The notes below the pieces were generated by a model. The model saw nothing but the letters and a program-made list of their open reading frames with translations. It did no database searches and was not told where the DNA came from. Made by a program: the position numbers and the translations under genes. Below, piece after piece: positions 56,144 to 64,000 of a stretch of DNA of 64,000 bases (position 1 is its first letter; every line of letters starts with the position of its first letter). Source of the DNA: Octopus vulgaris (Eukaryota); the NCBI GenBank assembly GCA_951406725.2, contig OX597819.1, positions 50,840,001 through 50,904,000 on the forward strand. Direction: 5' to 3'.

Positions 56144-57469
56144 TTGTGTCCAAAACCTTATATCTTTAAAAATTCTAAGCTGGAAGATTTGACGTCAGTC
56201 AAATAAAATGGTTGCCATGAACATAGCTCAGAATATGTTAAGTGCGGGAGCATTTGTTCTTATTTTGCAGTAACACTCTGTTATGATATAGTAGAGAATG
56301 TGTACCGCTAGCATTGTTATGCTTTTGGAGACCTTAGATTAACAATGGATTATCATGTGTTAGGTTTCTATTAATATCATCTTAATTTTCTAACTTGACT
56401 GCTCTTATAAGTAGGGAACAATATACCTTCGTTGCTTTGTAAGCATTGTCAAAATGCCGAAAACTGGGTTTTGGGAGCCACTCGTACCAAATTCCCAATA
56501 GCAAACAGTTAATTCACTTTCTTGTATTTTATTTCTCTGGAATTTTACGAAGACAGTGTGTGTGTGAGATGAGTCAACCGTTTGAGCCAATCATCTGTTT
56601 CCATGACAGTGGAGCATATATTGACTTCTTTAGTAAAACATTCTCCTAGGATCTATGATCAAAGATTTATCTTCTAGCTACAGGGCACATAATCAAACGT
56701 CCAATTGACGTATCCTAATAACACATTGTAAACATGAAACAAAATCCTAACTCGATTTTTAAGATTCAGAAAATGTCTTTATGCACCACGATTTTCATGT
56801 GAATGATAGCAATTGCATGAAGAATGCAACTGTGGGCAGCTTAAAAACATATCTCAAAAACCAATTTCCCTTATGATAAACGTGGTTTCTTTCTCATAAT
56901 ATATAATTGTCATATGACAATAGTTGCGTGTATGTTGCTGGTAGCAGAATATTTTAGCATTATCTTTATTCTAATAGCTTCTCTAGATTTTTCCTGTGCT
57001 TCCCTCAACATCGATGAAATATAGAAAAATAAGCATTTAAATAACTAGATTTCTGGTTCAACCTTCAGTTAATTGGCATCTAGCTTTCAGATTGGTGTGC
57101 AATCATAACTGTTCGATTGCCGATTTGAAGGATTTGAAGGAAGTACACTTAGGTATTTTGTCACTGTTTACTTATCAGCAATCTGGTTACAAAAAGTATA
57201 TCATGCAATGATAGATCGATAAATCGGTCTGAGAGTCGATCACCTTTCGGCTTACTTGTTGCTATCGTCTCGAGGAGCCGCCAGATTCTGTGTAAACCAA
57301 GAAACTTCTGTGCAGTAGCTCTGATCAGCTAAAACGTGCAGCCAAAGTTCTTCAAATCGCATCCTACTGTCTTAGACATAGAGACGGATTAGTTATAGAT
57401 GAAACGCCTACAATCTAAGGAAAAATTACAAAGGAGAACTAACAACAGCAACAATAGTTACTTTAAGGG

Positions 57470-57798
57470 AGACGATTAGTACCAGTGATTGTAGGATCTC
57501 TAGGAATGATAAAAAAAGGTACTGAAACCTATATGAAAATGATTCCAGGCTTATCATCCCTACAGGAAGTGCAAAAAAATCGTATTAACTGGAACGGCTC
57601 ATGTACTGAGAAGAGCACTATCGCTGTGAAAATAACATCCATCCATGAATTTATTTATTTATTAATTTTTAAATACATATTTTATCTGTGAATTTGCGCG
57701 TGTAATCTGGGAATGCATACAATGCCCTTCTCTGCCATAGGTGTATGGAAAACACTCGGCGAGAAATGGAAGAAAATTTGAAGAAAGAAGGAAAAAAC

Positions 57799-57859
<61 letters not shown>

Positions 57860-57860
57860 C
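57470..57860 (+). mobile_element. R4/Dong-like LINE 3' end with a (TAA)n tail
   Basis: LVPVIVGSLGMIKKGTETYMKMIPGLSSLQEVQK, then UTR and (TAA)n at 57800-57856. Confidence 0.8.
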
Positions 57861-58029
57861 AACTATATGACAAAGTACTAAACCGCCACACTATCTTGTT
57901 AGTTCGGTATATTTGCAAAGTTAAGACAATTCATTATTTACATTATTCACATTTGACAGATATTTGTCCTCATCTTGTTTGTTGTTAACACAACGTTTCG
58001 GCTGATATACCCTCCAGCCCAATGAAGGG

Positions 58030-58113
<84 letters not shown>

Positions 58114-58135
58114 GCTCTCTCTCTCTCTCTCTCAC

Positions 58136-58191
<56 letters not shown>

Positions 58192-58204
58192 TCTTCTTCC
58201 ATTC

Positions 58205-58585
58205 TCTACGGCCATGCTGGAGCATCACCTTGAATCAATCGACTCCAGTGCTTATTTTTTAAACCTGGTACTTATCCTATCCGTTATGATACAGTGACCG
58301 CTAAGTTACGAGGGACGTAAACACACCAGCTCCCGTTGTGAAGTGGTGATGGTGGAGGGAACAAACAGAGACACAAAGACACTCAGATATAAATATATAC
58401 ATACATATATATGTATATATATATGCACCCACACGACAGGCTTCTTTCAGTTTCTGTCTACCATATCAACTCACAGGGATTTTGTCGGCCCGAGACTATA
58501 GTAGAAGATTCTTGCCCAAGGTGGCATGCAGTGGAATTGAACCTAGAACCATGTGGTTGGGAAGGAAGTTTCTTACCACACAACA
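58205..58585 (-). mobile_element. SINE family D
   Basis: GGCCATGCTGGAGCA...CTTGCCCAAGGTG...TTACCACAC. Confidence 0.85.
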
Positions 58586-58749
58586 ACATATATATTGCCG
58601 CACTATATTACTGTGTTCTTTCCTATGTAAATCTCAGAAAAGAATGCGAAGTGAACAAAAAGGGAACTTTATGACTTGACCCAATTATTAATGATTCTGT
58701 TGAACATAAATAGTACAGAATCTAAAATATTACACATCTTTCGACGATG

Positions 58750-58807
<58 letters not shown>

Positions 58808-60126
58808 ATACATACATGTATATATATATATATACATACACACACACATACATATATATGTGTTTGTGCACAGTTGTTTGTGTGTGAATGTGTATGTGTG
58901 AATGCGCGCGCATGTGTGCGAGCGTGTAAACCCCTGTTATCACCAGAGAACTCGAAGAAAGAATCTTTGTAAGATACACCACATACCATTGTTGATTTCA
59001 AACTACATATGTAAAATGAGTTGATCTGCAGCTGATTCTATAAGAAAAGAAAACACGAAGAGCGAACGCCAAAAACAAAACCCAAAACAAAATAAATGTA
59101 CACATATATATATATATATATATGTATAATAAAGAATAAAATAAAATAAACAAAATAAAATAAAAAAAATATAACGGGATGGATTATACATAAAAGAACA
59201 CAAAACTATAATGTAAAGAAAGAGATCTGTTTACATATAAATTTGTATTTATATTCAGCCAGACAGGAATTTTACATATGTCTAGATTGCAGATATGATT
59301 GATAAAGGTGTCTATAGCACCGAATGAGAAGAGATTTAGCGATAGAGGAAATAACGCCGCATTTATATACATACATGCCTATCCATGCATGAAGATATAT
59401 TAGTGAGATACATATGAATATCGCTACATATACGTACCAGTGTTGAGGGGGTTTCATTTCTGGTTTTTTTTTTTATTTGTTTTTTTTTGTTTTTTTTTTG
59501 GTTTTTTTTTTGCTTTTTGTCTGTTGTCTTTGTCTTAATTACTCTACTAACCACGCGCTTACCCAGTTTGATGCTGGATTCTTGTCATGCAAATATCCGT
59601 CAGCTTTGTTGAAGATGATGGCGATGAGGCAATAAAGATAAACAGAACAATAATAAATACGATAATAAATACGTTGATAAAGACGATGAAAATATATATA
59701 ACGACATCGATGACGATAAAAAAAAAGACAAAACAAAAAAGAAAGAAAGAAAGAAAAAAAAAGAAAAGAAAGAAATTGCTGAAAACATTAATAAAACCGC
59801 CAGAAACAGGATTAGATTAATATTTATGTTTATATCCGGAATGCATATTCATTTCTATGAATAAACAATCGATACAAATCAATAAGGTTTGTGTTGACTG
59901 GTTACCGCAGTAGAGAGGAAAGGATTCGTACATCTTCATTTGTGTCCTGTGTAACTTTGAAAACACTCTCTTGAGTGATAGGCCGCTCACATCACCATGT
60001 CTAACACTTCATCCATAGATCCATTTAGTAGAGTTAACTCATTCGCAATCTTTCAGCCAAAGATCTCACTTATTTCCCTTTGCTGTGGTAGGCCTATCAT
60101 CAGTACAACAATACTTGATCCGTATA

Positions 60127-60730
60127 AGGCGGCGAGCCGGCAGAAACGTTAGCACGCCAAGGCGACGAGCTGGCTGAAAAGTTAGCACGCCGGGCGAAAT
60201 ACTTACCGGCATTTCGTCCGTCTTTACGTTCTGAGTTCAAATACCGCCGAGGTCGACTTTGCCTTTCATCCTTTCGGGGTCGATTAAATAAGTACCAGTT
60301 ACTCACTGGGGTCGATATAATCGACTTAATCCGTTTGTCTGCCCTTCTTTGTCCTCTCTGTGTTTAGCCCCTTGTGGGTAGTAAAGAAATAGGTATTTCG
60401 TCTGCCGCTACGTTCTGAGTTCAAATTCCACCGAGGTCGACTTTGCCTTTCATCCTTTCAGGGTCGATTAAATAAGTACCAGTTACGCACTGGGGTCGAT
60501 ATAATCGACTTAATCCGTTTGTCTGTCCTTGATTGTCCCCTCTGTGTGTAGCCCCTTGTTGGCAGTAAAGAAATAAGAAATGTTAGCACGTCGGGCAAAA
60601 TATTTAGCGGTATATCGTCTCTCTTTACGTTCTGATTTCAAATTCCACCGAGGTCGACTTTGCCTTTCATTCTTTTGGGGTCGTTAAATTAAATACCAGT
60701 TGCGTACTGGGGTTGATCTAATCGACTTAC
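60127..60730 (+). mobile_element. Tandem array of three family A SINE units with a duplicated head
   Basis: Junctions AAGAAATA|GGTATTTCG (~60391) and AAGAAATA|AGAAATGTTAGC (~60575). Confidence 0.9.
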
Positions 60731-61071
60731 CACACAGCCACTTCTTACCACACAGCCACTCAGATATAAGTTTAGCCCTAGTTCTTATATGGACGGTTAC
60801 CCGGTTTCCATGCCTCATCAGAGACGAGATCAGAAGGCCCACACTGAAGAGGATGCCAGGTCATTGTAGGGTTCAAGGCCAGAAAATTTTGAAGGATGGA
60901 ACAAGTCAATTACATCGATGCCAGTGCTTATGCATTTGGCCGGTATTTTATTTTATCGACTGCGAAGAGATGAAAAGCAAAGTTAACATCAGCAGCTATT
61001 GAATTTATAACGTAAAGCTGGACGAATTGCCGATAAGCATTGTGTCTGACGTATTAACGATTCCATCTGTA

Positions 61072-61112
<41 letters not shown>

Positions 61113-61113
61113 T

Positions 61114-61179
<66 letters not shown>

Positions 61180-61475
61180 AACTCAGCAAAAGATTAATCG
61201 AGAAAAAAGCACAAAATTAGCAGAAAACTAACAAATAAAGAACGAAAAACAGATTCCAACGAAACTGGCAATGGACTGCATGGACAAGGATTATAGCTAT
61301 TGACATAACACTAAAGGTACTTTAGTTGTTATGACATTGTGAAAAGGATTTTCTGATGTTTCGGATGAAGTTTCTTTTTCAGGAAAGAGAAAAACTGATC
61401 AAATATCACTGCATAAAAACATAAGGACAAAATGGAACCGTAAATAATGAATACTTTTGTTTCGATAAACTAAAC

Positions 61476-61659
61476 CAGTTCTCCGCAGCCTTTTTTCACT
61501 TGCGGTACACTTATATTTCTTTCAAAATTCGGCGGAACACCTGAATTAAAAATACAGTTAAAAGTATAGGGGAAAAATTATTTTTAGGTTATACAGCAGA
61601 CACCTAGCATCGTCTCGTGGCACATCAGTGTGCCGCGGCATACCGGTTGCAGAGCACTG
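61476..61659 (+). mobile_element. hAT-type MITE, same family as 20512-20696
   Basis: CAG...CACTG termini and TSD AACTAAAC/ATCTAAAC. Confidence 0.85.
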
Positions 61660-61779
61660 ATCTAAACGAAGGTGAGAAAATTGAAAAAGACTACATAAAC
61701 TAATAATCACTTTTAATCTGACGAAGATACCTGATGAAACCGAAACATTACTGGTTATCCTTCAAGATTTAAACTAATC

Positions 61780-62315
61780 CAGTGGTTCTCAACCAGGGTT
61801 CATATAACCCGTGGGAATCTATTTAAGATCTTTCTGTTAAAATTTATGAGAAATAAATTGGTTATATTTAACAATTTCTTATAAAATTGCTAACAATATT
61901 TAACATTATATGATTAAGACAGCAAGCTGGCAGAATCGTTAGCACGCCGGGCGAAATACTTACCGGCATTTCGTCTGTCTTCATGTTCTGAGTTCAAATT
62001 CCGCCGACGTCGACTTGCCTTTCATCCTTTCGGGTCGATAAATTAAGTACTAGTTGCTTACTGGGGTCGATCTAATCGACTGGCCCCCTTCCCAAAATTT
62101 CTGGCCTTGTACCTAGAGTAGAAAAGAATAAAATAAGTACAAATTAAACATTGGAGTCGATGTAATTGACTTACCCCACTCCCTCGAATTTACTGGCCTT
62201 GGGCCAAAATTTGAAACCAATATTATATGATTTTCTAAACAGGGATCCACCAGAATAGAATAGGAGCGAAAGAGGGTTGATAGCCAAAAAAAAAAAAAGA
62301 TGTTGAGAACCTCTG
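61780..62315 (+). mobile_element. hAT-type MITE with a nested family A SINE (61918-62220)
   Basis: Terminal inverted repeats CAGTGGTTCTCAAC / GTTGAGAACCTCTG. Confidence 0.8.
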
Positions 62316-63398
62316 TTTTAGACTATCTAATATATTTTCTCTTCTATGATGAGAGGAACCCCATTGGTTGATGGAAAATATGAGCAATTAAACACGAAAC
62401 TCGCTAATAAGCTATCAAATTAACTATTTAACAAATAGGGGCACAGATAAATGTGTATATGTCTCTATTGTATGCAAGTGTGCACGCGTATGTATGTATG
62501 TGGTGCTTCCGTGTATATGGGTGTATGTGGGGGCTTCCGTGTGTGTGTGTGTGGTGCTTCCGTGTGTGTGTATGCGTGTGTATGTATGTGCGTGTATGTG
62601 TGTGTATATGCGTGTGCATGTGTATGTGAGAGTGATTCGGTCGTGCATATGTGTGCATATATTTGTGAGTATGCTTCTCTTCGTTTATTTTTGTTTATGC
62701 ATGTACGTATGCCTAGGTGTATGCGTGATTCCGTGTGTACGGGTGTCCATATCTACGTGTGTGTGCTTCTGTACGTGTATGCATGTATTTGAATATCTGT
62801 GATTGTATGTATAGCTGTGAACATCCGTAGATATCAGGCTTCATGGGGCGATTATCGGCTCTTGGCTAGCGGAAGCTGTTTTAACCATTTTTACTCACAT
62901 TTGAAAACGTTTCAATTCATGTAACTAGCTGTTTGTGTTTGGAAAGCGCATCAAAATCTCAAACGCTATTCTCCCCTCATAATAATAAAAAAAAAAAGCT
63001 CCCAAACTTTTATGCATATCTAGAGAATGCTTCGAGATATCACTGGAGCGTATAATTCTCCTCAGACTATGTTACCGTCGAGAAAGCTGTATAAAGAAGG
63101 AGAAAAAAAAAAGCACTAAGCACAAACAAGATCAATGTGACTAACGGGAATGAGGCAAGTTTTCAAGAAATTCAAGGAAGCGGAAATGAAAATAGATATG
63201 AGAACTCTCTAAATGTAATCTCAAATGCATTTGGACAGGAAACGAAGCAGCTGTTGGTTGTAGAATTATCTATCACCATACACTTCCTAATCTATACAAC
63301 TTTCTATGAATTATCAACTGTTGACTGACCAATAACATGCGAATGAATATTGTTGAACGTAAACTCTAGAACTCCATCACACATACATACAATATGCA

Positions 63399-63474
<76 letters not shown>

Positions 63475-63807
63475 AATATCTCTATCTATCTATCTATATA
63501 TATATATCTCTCTGTATATTTATTTTAGTATATATATATATATATATAGATATAGATATATATTCATGTACATATATGTGTGTGTTTGTGTGTGTGTGTG
63601 TATGTGTGCAAACGTGATATGATGGGCGGAGTGGTGGGGAACAGTGTGCATACTACATATCAGTCAAAATATGTGTGAGAGGCATTTGGACTTGTAAAGA
63701 CTTTTCGCTGCAGGTTGTTACAGAGAAAGAATTCTCGCTTAAGACGAAGCTGTTAAAATACCAGAGAAGTAATTTACTGATTTGGTATAAAGGATGATTT
63801 GCTACCG

Positions 63808-63871
<64 letters not shown>

Positions 63872-64000
63872 TGTCTGTGTGTCTGTGTGTGTATACATAT
63901 GTGTGTGTGTGTGTCTGTTGGGGGTGTAAAACAAAACAGATGTTATCTGGTATATTGTTAATTCCTTGTTACAAGTGTTTCATTACAGGATAGAAGTTGC

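Noticed and set aside
60795-60825. Minus-strand CUGAUGA-ggcaug-GAAA-ccggg-UA
   Set aside because: Helices I and II cannot pair.
61715-61760. CTGACGA/CTGATGA followed by GAAAC
   Set aside because: No convincing helix II or NUH site.

Overview
This is eukaryotic, AT-rich, microsatellite-saturated DNA. Its SINE families look like those of an octopus (coleoid cephalopod); that assignment is from recalled repeat families, not a database search. I found no host protein-coding exon. Most ORFs in the track are translations of simple repeats or SINEs, and the few protein-like ones are transposon relics. The window looks like a gene desert or very large intron. It holds four tRNA-derived SINE families (one forming tandem arrays with a fixed junction), non-autonomous Helitrons, hAT-type MITEs, four R4/Dong-like LINE fragments sitting in microsatellites, a CR1/L2-type RT fragment, a maT-like (DD37D-spaced) transposase relic and a Penelope GIY-YIG relic. 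The main hidden signal is a set of type I hammerhead ribozyme motifs of the Penelope/retrozyme kind. One has an intact core and an 85-nt helix II (46889-46999), one is compact with a single core change (15690-15727), one forms the loop of a ~390-bp fold-back palindrome (13688-14076), one is an inverted pair (47395-47730), and several more are decayed. Short unique islands rich in homeodomain, Sox-Oct and YY1 motifs may be cis-regulatory elements.
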